A stretch of DNA of 42,789 nt. It comes from Chlorokybus atmophyticus (lineage: Eukaryota > Plantae > Mesostigma and Chlorokybus algae). The notes beneath the pieces are model-generated. The model saw only the letters and a program-made list of their open reading frames with translations. It did not search any database and was not told where the DNA came from. Each line of letters begins with the position of its first letter. The stretch's first letter is position 1. The stretch lies in assembly GCA_009103225.1 (NCBI GenBank), contig RHPI01000385.1, positions 511,810 to 554,598 of the forward strand. The letters are read 5' to 3'. Positions 30,918 through 42,789 of the stretch are shown one piece after another. The position numbers and the translations under genes were made by a program.

Positions 30918-32548
30918 TCAGATCACCGTATTGCACACATTAATTAATTGCCCTGGTACTTTTGGCTTTGGTTCTGAAGTTACTACAGCATTGGGTGATG
31001 TGTGTACTGCATGTAGCATACAAGATACGTCTTGATTTGAACTTTATTATTATCGCCTCGGTATTATTGAATTATCATCGCTACTTGCATTCCATGTTAA
31101 CATATATTGTGCACCAAAATATTGTAAAAATATTATATAATATTATATAATTTTCTTACATTGCTTACTTGCTGGCGCGAGGGAAGCTGGGTCTAACCTC
31201 CGGCGCTGTTGGCTACTTGCCGATGCTATCGACTGTGCGCTACTGCCTGCTTCTCCGCCCCACTGCATGCACATAGTTAGCGCACTTAGTCGGGTCATGC
31301 CCCTGCCTTAATGAAAATGCCTTGTCATGTGAGTGTGTTGGCAAGCATTTGTGCATGTTTTGCATTCGTATCATCAGAAAGCCTGTACACAGACCCTCTT
31401 GTGATAAGCCCCTCCATTGGAACAGAGGCCTCCATCCTTGATGTAACGTGTAGTAATAAAAAGGCATTTGAAACAGTGGGAGGACCTGTTCAAGGGACTC
31501 TGTTGGCGCGAACACGGTAGTATGGCTCATGTATTGGTCTGTAATGAGGACTCCTTATCAACTATGCCGAAGCATAAACTTCCACGATCACGCGTCAGGC
31601 CTAACTGAGTTCGGCGACGCCACCCTGTACAATTACGGACGACGAGCGCCTAATCCGCCAAAATCACAGATTCCATAATTAACGTCGCATAACGTTGCAT
31701 TCCGGTCCAGGAATTCGCCCCGACCGACAACGTGCCCCTACTTTTAGGCCTGCCGCTAAAACGACCGGGATGACACTGTCCGTGAGCATCATTACATGCA
31801 TTAGGTTTTAGCAGCGGCTGGCTGGACAGTGTGGACGGATGGAAGTCCCGACTGTTGGTTTCACAGTCAAGTTAGCCTTCGCGCAGCCGGCTTGACTCGG
31901 GTGAGGGTTAGCGTCCTAAGTTAGGACTTTATGGCACACCGCTGTCACGTCGTCGCGCAGTTAGACCTGCTCAGTGCCCTCAAAAACACAACATGTCAAA
32001 AAAGGGGCGAACCTCGTGCCCTTTTGCGGCTGTTTCGACACTTTTGTGTACTGCAGGGTTGGAAGGGTCAGTTAGGTGGGAGTCGCAATGGCTCCGGACC
32101 GTTTCGGTTCTGGCTACGGCCGACCAGGTCAGTCGAACCAACTGACTTACCTAGGTAGTCCACTGATGGACACTTATGACTTCACCTTCGTACAGCTGGT
32201 TATTTACAGCCTGGTATTATGAAGCTGCTGCAACCAGGGAGTCACACTTCTTGTACAGGGGGCTTGTTACTCATGAACTCCGTACTCACGTATGATGAGT
32301 TGTAATTTGCAACACCGTTTTTGTAACCCCGCCTTGGTTAGGCTTAGGTAACTGTGATGTTTCCGTCCACAAAACTTTGGACCGCGCTCTAACGGCGGCG
32401 GCGGCAGCGGCGACGGCGTTGGTGCCGGCGGCGGCGTCGGTTCCGACGGGGAGGGGGCAGGGGCCAGGGGCGGCGGCGGGGGCAATCCTGGCGCTCCGGG
32501 TGTTGCTGGTGGCGGCGGGCGTGGGGGAGACGCAGCCCTGCGTTGCAT
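30918..32548 (-). CDS. Candidate orphan gene with a proline-rich N-terminus (about 133-164 aa)
   Basis: Phase-compatible chain: 32548-32290 (or -32383), 31538-31486, 31262-31169, 31006-30918. All introns are GT-AG. No homology recognised and no expression data. Confidence 0.3.
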
Positions 32549-32718
32549 TGCTCTGATCGTGCGAGCCAGCGGCGGGCTTCACGCCGCCCCCGTGCACCCG
32601 CGCGGCTGCCGCGCACCTCCCCGCCTTGCCGCCGGCCAGGCCGTCTCTCCGGAGGAAGCGGAGTTGAGCTTGGCCGGCTAGCTTGAAACAAAGCGGAGCG
32701 CAACTCGCAGGCTTGACA

Positions 32719-35700
32719 ATGGTGAGTCAGTCAGTTTACTGAACAGTCGCCGTCGTTGAGTTTAGCAGTGTGGAATTGATTGTAATGACGACACTGGCGA
32801 GTCAGCGCCTACGTGACTGGACTCACAACGATTTGTTACCCTGAAGTCTTGTCTGTTTTATCTTCTCCGTCATCTGTAACTGGTTGTTTGAAACCCTCGG
32901 TCATGCCCTCGCAGTCTCAAAACCTTCTGCTCGCAATACTTGTTGTTGGCTCCATTTTGTGGTATTCGTTTGTATGTATGGCACGGTGGGTCCGTTGGGT
33001 GTCATGTTAGGTCAAGGGTAGTTTACGGTTCTAGTTGGAGGCTTAGTGTCCAGTCAGTTTGCACTGGGCGTTCGTTGAATTTCTACAGCATGGCAGACGT
33101 CCAGTTTGCTTGAAACGGTTGTACTGCTGTGACATGGTCAGCTACCTATTAGGTGACACCTGATTTCAAGTGGCACTTTGCATTCACTTGAACCAAAGTA
33201 TTCACTTTGTGTGCGGGCTTGTCGTCAGACCATATCAGGGCATCACGTGGGACATGACCCCAAATTTTACCATGTGTCTGCAGACGGACGCCAAGGCTAC
33301 TGCAAATGGCACGACTCCGGGCTCAAAGACGAACACAAAGGAGGCTGGTTCAGAGCAGGCAGCTTCAGAGATTGCGAAGGCTTCAATCGAGGATGTGCTC
33401 TCTCGGCTTGGAGTGACTGATAAGGGTCTGAGCTCAGCACAAGTTGAGGAGCGTCTCGCCCGGTTTGGTCCGAATGCACTGGAAGAGAAGTCCGTTCACC
33501 CCGTTATTCAGTACTTGTTGTTCCTCTGGAACCCTATGTCCTGGACCATGGAGATTGCAGCGCTGTTGGCTATCATTCTTGGTGATTGGCTCGATGCTGT
33601 TCTTGTTGCATCTCTTCTTCTGATCAATGCAACCATTGGCTACTGGGAGGAGCACACCAGTGGCGAGGCGATTGCTGCTCTGAAGGCGGGTCTGGCACCA
33701 AACTCGCGCGCGCTACGAAACGGGGAATGGGTGTCGGTTCCAGCCAAGGATCTTGTGCCCGGAGACATCATCAAGATGAGGCTTGGCGATGTTATCCCTG
33801 CAGACTCCAAGTTGTTGGAATTTCATGGCGTGTGTAAGGTGGACCAAGCTTCCTTGACAGGAGAGAGCTTACCCGTCACCAAGTATCCCAGCAACACAGT
33901 CTTTGCAGGAGCAGTTCTGAAGCAGGGTGAGGTTGAGGCCGTCGTTTATGCTACTGGTGTCAACACTTTCTTTGGCAAGGCAGCAGATCTGGTGCAGTCT
34001 ACAGTGGTGCGCGGGCATTTTCAAACGGTGCTTACCAACATTGGTTACTTCTGCATCATCTTCATCGTCATCTGGGTGTTTGTCATCCTGATGGTGCAGT
34101 TTGTCGGCCGCAACAAGCTCTGCAATGGGCTTGGGTGGGGAGGCTCTGCTACAAAGAACTGCTACGCTTTGACAAATTCACTCGTGCTAATCGTTGGAGG
34201 CATTCCCATCGCCATGCCTACTGTGATGTCCGTGACCATGGCCGTCGGTGCTGGTCAGCTCGCCAAGCATGAGGCAATTGTTGCTCGGTTGACAGCTGTG
34301 GAGGAGATGGCTGGCATGGACCTCCTGTGCTCAGACAAGACGGGTACCCTGACGCTGAACAAGCTGACTGTGAAGGATCCTGAGTGCTTCGAAGGTGCCA
34401 CTGGACGGGAGGTCATCCTGATGGCAGCTTTGGCAGCTGGACGTGTGGACCCTGATGCAATTGATGGCGCCATCTTGGGTGTCTGTGAAGACAAGGACAA
34501 GTTCGACAACTTTGAGCTGCTGAAGTTTGAGCCATTTGACCCTGTCGGCAAGCGCGTCATTGGCATCTACAAAGACAAGACCACTGGCCAGTCCTTTGCC
34601 GCTTGCAAGGGTGCACCACAGATTGCTCTTGGCATGGCCCACAACAAGGGTGCGCTTGCTGCAGAGGTTGAAGCAAGGATTAACAACCTTGCGTCTCGTG
34701 GCTATCGAACTCTTGGAGTTTGCAAAGCTGAGGATGAGCCTAACTTTGAGCATTGGAGGTTCATTGGCCTCATTCCACTGTTTGATCCACCGCGGCATGA
34801 CACTGCAGAGACTGTGGAGAAAGCTCAGCAACTCGGCATTGGTGTCAAGATGATTACTGGTGATCAGGCGGCTATTGCCAAGGAGACATGCCGACAACTG
34901 AAGATGGGCGACGACATCCAGAGCCCGGATGAACTTTTGGAGTACGACGATGGTGATGCGGCCGTGAAGCTGCGTATTGGCAAGGCTGTTGAGCTGGCAG
35001 ATGGCTTCGCTGGAGTGTACCCTGAGCACAAGTACAAGATTGTGGAGATCTTGCAGAAGCGGGGTCACTTTGTTGGCATGACTGGCGATGGTGTCAACGA
35101 CGCCCCTGCACTTAAGAAAGCGGACATTGGCATTGCTGTGGCGGATGCAACGGACGCGGCGCGCGCAGCAGCTGACATTGTGCTGATGTCGCCTGGTCTT
35201 GGTGTCATCATTCATGCCATCATTGGTGCCAGAAAGATCTTCCAGCGCATGCGGAACTATGCGATGTACAGTGTCAGCACCACCATCCGTAACGTCACCA
35301 CGTTTGCCATTCTTACCATTGCTTGGGACTGGTATTTTCCCACATTCATGATGGCCTTGATTGCTATCTTGAATGACGGCACGATCCTCACTGTCTCCAC
35401 TGATCGCGTGCTGCCTTCCGACCTTCCGGATCACTGGCATCTGGACAGGATCTTTTTGCTGTCGGTTGTTCTGGGTGGGTACTTGGTGATCTCCACTCTG
35501 TTGCTGTTCGCTTTTGCAAAGAACACGACGTGGCCGTCAGATTGGTTTGGCTTGCGAGATATCAAGAACTCTCCAACTGGGCCCCAAGTGGGTGAGTCTC
35601 AGGAATATGTGCATCGCCTCGGCCTGGACTATCTTCGTTCCATTGTCTACCTCAACATCTCCATATCTGGCCAGCTTATTATCTTCTCCACTCGCTCCAC

Positions 35701-36328
35701 CAAATTCTGGTTCTCCTCGCGGCCTTCGTACCCGCTGATGGGGGCCTTTGTGATTGCCCAAATTGTGAGCACATTCATCGCAGTTTATGGGTTTGGCGGC
35801 TATCCCAACGACGGGTTTACAGATTTCCGGGGCTGCGGCTGGGGTTGGGCACTGTTCGTGTGGATCTGGTCCTTCCTCTGGTTCCTGCCTCTGGACTTCT
35901 TCAAGCTTGCGGTGCAGGGCTTCTACCACCGTTTGGATAAGAAGCGTTCTCTCGTGGCGCGAGAGAACGTGCCGGAGACGCAGCAGGGGCATCCCGTCTA
36001 CGGCAAGATGGAGACATTCCAGGCTGGCTGGACAGTTACGGGCAAGACCATTCTGACCGTGCCGGATGCGCAGACAGTGCACTCCCTTGGCAACTCGGAC
36101 TCGCGAACGGTTACGTCCCTCAATGAGATCACATACGACGGGGCGGGCGCGACTGCTACCGGCGGTGGCCGCCGTCTGAAGGATGTCACGTGGCCCAAGT
36201 TGGAGACGACAGAGCAGAAACCTCGTGGCCTCAAGTCCATCTTCAACGAGACACCAACGGACGGGCCTGCATCGGCGGGGCCGCCAGACCAGGGCATTGA
36301 GATCACTCCTCAGGCCGGAACTAAGTAG
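32719..36328 (+). CDS. PMA: P3A-type plasma-membrane H+-ATPase (about 1015 aa)
   Basis: Exon 1 contributes only ATG (32719-32721, followed by GTGAGT); intron to TCTGCAG at 33283; a single exon 33284-36328. Motifs TGES, GGIPIAMPTV, CSDKTGTLT (phospho-Asp), KGAP, DPPRHD, MITGD, TGDGVNDAPALKKADIG, and ILNDGT (proton-acceptor Asp of TM6). Confidence 0.97.
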
Positions 36329-37397
36329 GGGAGGCGTATTAGTAGTGCAAGTGCGTGACTACCGGATTTGCCCACGTCTGTGTCGCAGGGGGTGTGGTGG
36401 GGTCTGCTGTGATTCAGAGCATTTCCTAACCTCAGCTGAGTGGACACCTGCTGTGCTTCTCTTTTAGAACACACAGGCAGCGTTGAAGGCAACACACAAC
36501 CCCGGCTGCTTGATTGCATCGCGTAGTAGCTTTGGCGGGCTGTACAGTTCCGGGTGGTTGCGGTAGGGTTTTGCACTTACAGTAACTTGGTTGTTCATAT
36601 CAATGGTTATTGGATTGACTTGATTTTAGGCAATTATATTTGTGAGCCTCGTGTTCTGTAGATGGATGCCCGCATTACATACTTGTGCACTGTCACACAT
36701 GTGTGTGTATTATTGTGTCAATCGATGTGCAGGACGTAGTCATCATTGTCTCACACCTTGCCTGGCTGGTAGCTGATTGTCACGCATACGAATGTGAGTT
36801 CACCAAGTGTTTGTCATGCAAATCATAGCCTCTGCAGCATAGCAATCAATGTGCATGATGCCAACTCTAGGCTACATGACCACATGCATATGATGTGCCA
36901 TATGTGTTTTGTATGCACAAGTGCTGTTGTGCATTCGCTTCTTGGCATCACAAACCCAAACTTGTGTGTATCATGGCACACACACCCCACACGGTAGCAT
37001 TATGCCACATACAATACACAGACTATGATCTACTGTCACCAGTGCAAAGCCGCACTGTTCAGCACTGTTCAGCAAATAGTGCGTGTGCATCATATGCAGG
37101 TTTCAACTCCTGGAGCTTGATTCCCGCCCCTGCAGCGCTCCAGCAGTGCTGGTGCAGCACAGTACTGGACCGGCACAAGGTCTGGACCTAATCAGCGTCT
37201 CATGAGACCCGCACTATCGCACTCTTCAGCGTTATGAGACCCGGGATCCATCTACACGTGTACGCGTAGAGGCAGCGCCTTCCTGGAAGTTCCCAGCCAC
37301 TGTGCCTTGGCCAAAATCAGGCTTGTGATCATTGGCAGTGGCTCGCGCGGCAATTCAGTCGTGGCCGGACGGTGTAGCCTGGACACATACAGAGGGC

Positions 37398-40184
37398 ATG
37401 GAGGCCGCCGCCGCCGCCGACCAGGCGGCTGGCTGCCGCGCTAACGGCAATGCGGGCGCAGCTGTGGCCCACCAGCACGACGACGCCCAGCCGGCGGTGC
37501 TAGCCAACGGGATGGGCAAGGCGCGCGTCGGCGTCGGCGTCGGCGACGCTGAGGCAATGGCTGTGGCCACCGAGAACATTGCGCAGGCAGTGAAAGGTGC
37601 ATGGCAAACCAGCTAGCTTGCCTGCTAGCCTGCTTACTGGGTGGATCATCAAGCTTGCTTCTGTCTAAGCGTATAGCAATTTCTATCAAGTGACCCTTTG
37701 CAGACCTTCATAGACTATGGGTAATTGCACCAGCCAGGATGGTGCTATGTCATGCAATATACGTAGGTGGAGACTTTTCCTTATGCCTTGCTGACTCATG
37801 CAGCGTTGGGCTTGGCAACCAGCGACGGCAATGAAGAGGACGACAGGGCGAAGCAGCGGGCGTACTGGGCGGAGCACAGTGCAACTGTCTCAGTGGAAGC
37901 CATGATGCTCGACTCGCAAGTAAGCAACCAAGCAGAAGAAAAGCAGTGTGCACACACAATGTCTCTCTGTGTGTGCTCAATTGCCAGTGCTCACAGCCCA
38001 GCTCTCAATTTCTGTCTCGTTAGGCGCTGCTTCTCGACCGGGCGGAAAGACCCGAAGTGCTTGGCATGCTGCCGGATTTCAGCGGCAGGGGCGTCATTGA
38101 GCTGGGCGCTGGCATGGGCCGCTTCACCGGCGACCTGGCCAAGCACGCCAAGCTCGTTGTCGCAGTTGACTTTATGGAAAACTTTATCCAGAAGGTTAGC
38201 AACATTTTTCTGTATCAGTTTAGATGTATGAGCCAACGGTCACGCTATCAACACGGAATGTCGCAATGTCGTAATGTGCATGTGTGTGTGTGCAGAATAA
38301 GCAGGAGCACGGGCACTTGGGCAATATAGACTTCCGTTGCGCCGACGTGACGTCGGCTGAGTTCGTTCAGTCTATGACACCGCACAAGAACTCTGCAGCG
38401 CTTGTATTCACAAATTGGTTGATGATGTACCTTGCTGACAGCGAGGTACCAGTGCATAATGGTGCGAGACAGGAAAGACTGTGCAAGCAGAGTGGCTGAA
38501 CGAGTGCATGCTTGCATGCAGGTGCAAGAGCTGGCGGGAAACATGCTTTCGTGGCTAGAAGAAGGCGGGTGTTTGTTCTTTAGAGAGTCCTGTTTTCACC
38601 AGTCCGGGGACGCAAAGAGAAAGAACAACCCCACGCACTACAGGGACCCGGACTTCTACACTCAGATCTTCGACAGCGTGAGACTGGTTGAAGAAGATGG
38701 GCGTACATATGGCCTGGAGCTCGTCACTTGTCGCTGCCTCTCCGCTTACGTGCTGCTGAAGAAGAACCAAAATCAGGTCCGCAGAGGCTGTGTGCAAGCA
38801 ACTGTTCTGGCAACGAATTACTTAACACCCACCCTCCGCATTGCCACAGGTATGTTGGGTTTGGAAGAAGGTGCGCGAGTTCGACTCCTTCCAGCGGTTT
38901 TTGGACGGCGTGCAGTACACGAATAAGAACATCAGGCGCTACGAGCGCATATACGGCAGGGGCTTTGTCAGTGCAGGAGGCCCGGGTGAGCGGTCTTGGA
39001 GTGCAAGCTGTTGCCTTTGTCTTACTAACTATTGCTTATCATCACTTTTGTAGAGACAACAACGGAATTCTCCTCGTTGCTGAATCTGCAAAAGGACGAG
39101 TATGTGTTGGATGTGGGCTGCGGTGTTGGGGGTGGGGCTGTGTACATGGCTGAGACGTACGGGGTCCATGTGTATGCCATTGATTTGTCATTGAACATGG
39201 TGAGTTGGGACACAGTTGTGAGTAGAGCATGGTCGTGTTGTCTGTTGTCTCATGTGTATGATAACTATAATCCGCTGATACAGCATGCGTGGTACAGATT
39301 GCGGTGGCGCTCGAGCACGCAGTTGGGCGACACTGCAGCGTAGAGTTTGAAGTGGCCGATTGCACCAGGAAACAGTTTGCAGAGAACACATTTGATGTCA
39401 TATTCAGCCGAGACACAATACTGCACATACAGGTCAGAGCATAGTTGTGAGTCCATCTTAAGCTGATTGTGACATGCCATTGACACCTTTGTCATCATCC
39501 GCTGCTGCAGGATAAGCCCGCGCTTTTCAGGAATCTCTTCAAGTGGTTGAAACCCGGTGGCCGCTTCCTTGCAACGGACTACTGCAAGGCGCCGGACGCA
39601 TGCTCTGCAGACTTCACTGCCTACATCCGGCAACGCGGCTACGACCTGCATGACATTGACTCGTATGGGAAGGTGAGAGCTATGGAGTGCAATTGCTTGC
39701 ATTGCTTACTGGGTTGCATGAGGCAATGCGGCTCACTATTGCTTGCATTCGGGTCAGTTTCTCGAAGACGCGGGTTTTGTGGATGTCAAGGCAGAAGACC
39801 GCACAGAGCAGGTGACGAGTTGACCTGCGCCGCTCTCATGTACCCACACCCTGCCCGCAGTGGTTGCATCACATGTGCATTATCTGACAGCCATTACGTT
39901 CTGTTGCAGTTTCAGCTCTTGCTGGAAACAGAGCTTGCAAGGGTGAAGGCTGGTAGAAGCGCATTTGTACAGGACTTTTCTGAGGTGAGTGCACTGTCAA
40001 ATACCTGCATGCGTAATTGTTACATTCAATGCCCTTGCTGGAGTACGTGACTCACACTCTGTCATGGCTGTACCTCTATCAGACGGACTACAATGAAGTT
40101 GTAGATAGTTGGGAGGCCAAGTTAGACCGCTGCAAACGTGGGGAGCAGCGTTGGGGTTTGTTCATGGCTAGCAAACCAGCGTAG
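37398..40184 (+). CDS. PEAMT: Phosphoethanolamine N-methyltransferase, plant two-domain type
   Basis: 12 exons. YWAEHS...[43 protein letters not shown]...[16 protein letters not shown]...[46 protein letters not shown]...TDYC, QRGYDLH, EQRWGLF. Confidence 0.97.
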
Positions 40185-42757
40185 ATTGTCACATGTGTAC
40201 GATATTAGTACTAGCCTGCTGCCCTTCTGTCTGGCATATTGTGATGCCAAACTGAAAGGGAGGCATGTTGTCACTCTTTGCTGTTTTTGATTCTAATCTG
40301 TCATGTTTGGCAGCTGTACGCTGCTAGGTACAGGTGACAGCATGTCTTGCCATATGGGCCGTTCTCTTCTGTGCACCCTTCAAAACATACGATCCCTCAT
40401 GTGCATAGTGGGTGAGTGATTGTTGCCCAGTCAGGCAACAAGATGCCCAACGTGGCGGAGCTTCATTTGCATGCAGTTTGACCCAATAGCAGCTGAGTGC
40501 ACACTTTTGTTGCGAGTGTTGTCTCAACAATGGTGTGCATCATTCTGTCTGTTACGCTGTATAATGTTCACAATTTTTGCCTGGTGGTGCGTGCTACATT
40601 AGCGCTGCTGTCTTCAAAACAATCCTCTAGCACCAATGCAAATTGTTGCAACGCAACAAATCAATCACAGCATTCCCTATGTACTCTAATGACACTATAT
40701 CAACTCACCTTCATTCAAGAGGGCAGTGTTATGAATTGGTAGACGGTTTGCATACAATCATCATATTATTATGCATTGACATGTACGTATCGGGTGTTAG
40801 TGCTGCACCATGCCTAATAATAATAGCACAATGTTGCTTACGGTGCATGCTAAACATGTTGTCATGGGTGTGACACCTTGCATGCATTGATCATAACTTA
40901 CCCTTGATGTACACACAACCACACGTCACAACACTACCCAGCTACACAAGCGACGCGTCCACCTTAAACGTTGGAGGGCCTTAGGCCACATGACCCATCC
41001 AAGCACCGCTGACACCGCCGCCGCTCCCCGCTCCAAGATCGCCGCACCTGCGCTCGCTGAAAGGCGCATGCCACGAGCTGCCGGCATGTGCGGATGAAGC
41101 CCTCAAAGCGCCGTGGCTCTGCTCTTCGAATTGTGGCGATGTGGCGAGCACACAGGCATTGAACCTTCATGGACAACAATGATGCCGTCGATGCCAAATG
41201 ATGCATCAGCTGCATTTTCAATTATAGGTAGCTAACGTCGTGCAAAAATTGCCCAAATGTCCATTGCAAATCTATTGTACGCATGGATTGAAATACAGCA
41301 TTTACTCAGACTTCCCTTAACACAACAACTTGTTGCTAAACAGAAGCTTATGTGCACGTGGATATGGATAAACATTTTCTTTTAAATGATCATGTTGTTA
41401 TAATCATTGAGCTGTTACGGATACATTTGTACTCATGATATCTTACAATAAAATATGAGATCTTGGCAACTTATGTAGCATTAGCAATGTCATCTACAGG
41501 TCATAGTATGACCCACTTGCGTTCCCAATAATCCAGTTATTTACATAAATAACTTGTATACCCTCACAGCTGCAGAGTGGCCGTTGCCTTGCCATTGAAC
41601 AGCACTGCAACGGCAAATGGTGACAGCAAAGCTTTAATTAAATCAACTTTGATAACATGTTTTTATCATGGCTAATCTCTAACAGCCTACTGATTAGCCA
41701 CAGGTAATAATTTGTTACTTATTGCTACGCACGCAACTCCATGATTTCGCAAGCATAATGTTTATGTACGCATTCCTGAAATAACCCGGCAGTGTCTCCA
41801 ACATCATTTTACCGGAGCATATCATAAAATATTTGTTCTTGAGATTGAGTACTCTCACATTATTGAGTATTTTAGCAAAAGCACTTAAACGCCACACGAA
41901 TTGGATTTGATAATCCAACAACTACCAATATTTATACTTCAAGTGAATACAAAATCGCGGAATATACATATGCAGCATGGTTGTAATAACAAAAAGAGTA
42001 AACGTGCCAGTTTACACAAAGCGCAAAGTGCCAGCGCTTGCCATGCATGGCGACCACCGCATCGTAATCCCCCTCTTCAAGCACATTTATGACATTCAAC
42101 ATGTGCAGGCTCTCATGGTTGGTAGCCTGGAAGGCATAATCGTGCTCATGGCATATGCGGAACGCAACAGCGTTTGGGTGACAGTGGCAGCGTCGGCGAA
42201 CATGGGCATGAGGCGGCAAATATAGGCAGATTCAGCGCGCGTCGCAACCAGCATCAACTCACAGCATGCACGATGTCTCAACTATCAGCAAGCTCATGAG
42301 AATGCGTGAGAGCAATCAATGGCAATCATATACAAGGTTATGCATTATTGATTGTAAGTTGCGATGCTTGTATGTAAGTTCTTCAGTTCTAAACATCATC
42401 ATTCTTTGAATTATTATAAAAGTAAGTTGTGACTTCAACTTAATGTTGATTCACATTTTGCATACAATTGTAGAGCAATGTAAATCTAATTGGCAAAAGC
42501 CAATCACAACTACACGACGAGATGGTATTATTGCTTCATGCTGGCAAGTTCATATTGGCAAAATCATCAGAACATGTGCCGGAACACGAGGCTTGCTCGT
42601 GACCTACTTAAACAGACTGTTACAATGAACTTTAAGCGACATGCTACATTAAATGCGAAGATCATCCATACATCACACCCCGTCTACAAGAGCATTCATT
42701 ATCATGTACATGTATTTCGAAATATACTCGCCAACATCCCTAGTGTTAAGTTGATTA

Positions 42758-42758
<1 letters not shown>

Positions 42759-42789
<31 letters not shown>
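42759..42789. repeat. (CA)n(TA)n microsatellite at the window end
   Basis: Read directly. Confidence 0.95.

Noticed and set aside
31311-31520. 69-aa ORF with a signal-peptide-like start
   Set aside because: Short, no motif, and overlaps the better-supported - strand exon chain.
34255-36306. Long antisense ORFs (up to 369 aa) opposite the H+-ATPase
   Set aside because: Shadow frames of a long GC-balanced CDS; no motifs.

Overview
Eukaryotic nuclear DNA from a compact, intron-rich genome. It is most likely a green alga with land-plant-like proteins (inference from the Ole e 1-like domain, plant-type two-domain PEAMT, CDKE and PP2C clade motifs). The window runs from a (TA)n tract to a (TA)n tract and has one N-gap. 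I could assemble 11 spliced genes by hand: a secreted Ole e 1-like/beta-propeller protein (+), acetyl-CoA acetyltransferase (-), mitochondrial lipoamide dehydrogenase (+), NDUFAF3 (-), SETD9-like (+), DCP1 (-), CDK8/CDKE (+), MRPL43 (-), PP2C (+), an almost intronless P3A H+-ATPase (+) and PEAMT (+). There is also one candidate orphan gene (-). Main observations: (1) all nine coding introns of the first gene are phase 1, and eight sit at the same position in a repeated blade-like motif, suggesting a 12-repeat propeller built from exon units and fused to an Ole e 1-like domain; (2) the H+-ATPase is an ATG-only first exon plus one 3 kb exon, with an unusual tail ending in a penultimate Thr; (3) strands alternate almost perfectly, with very short bidirectional promoters; (4) there are two GC-AG introns and many GTC donors; (5) the thiolase is probably dual-targeted. 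No tRNA, rRNA, CRISPR or recognisable transposase was seen. All gene models are manual and all family calls come from motif recall, not database searches.
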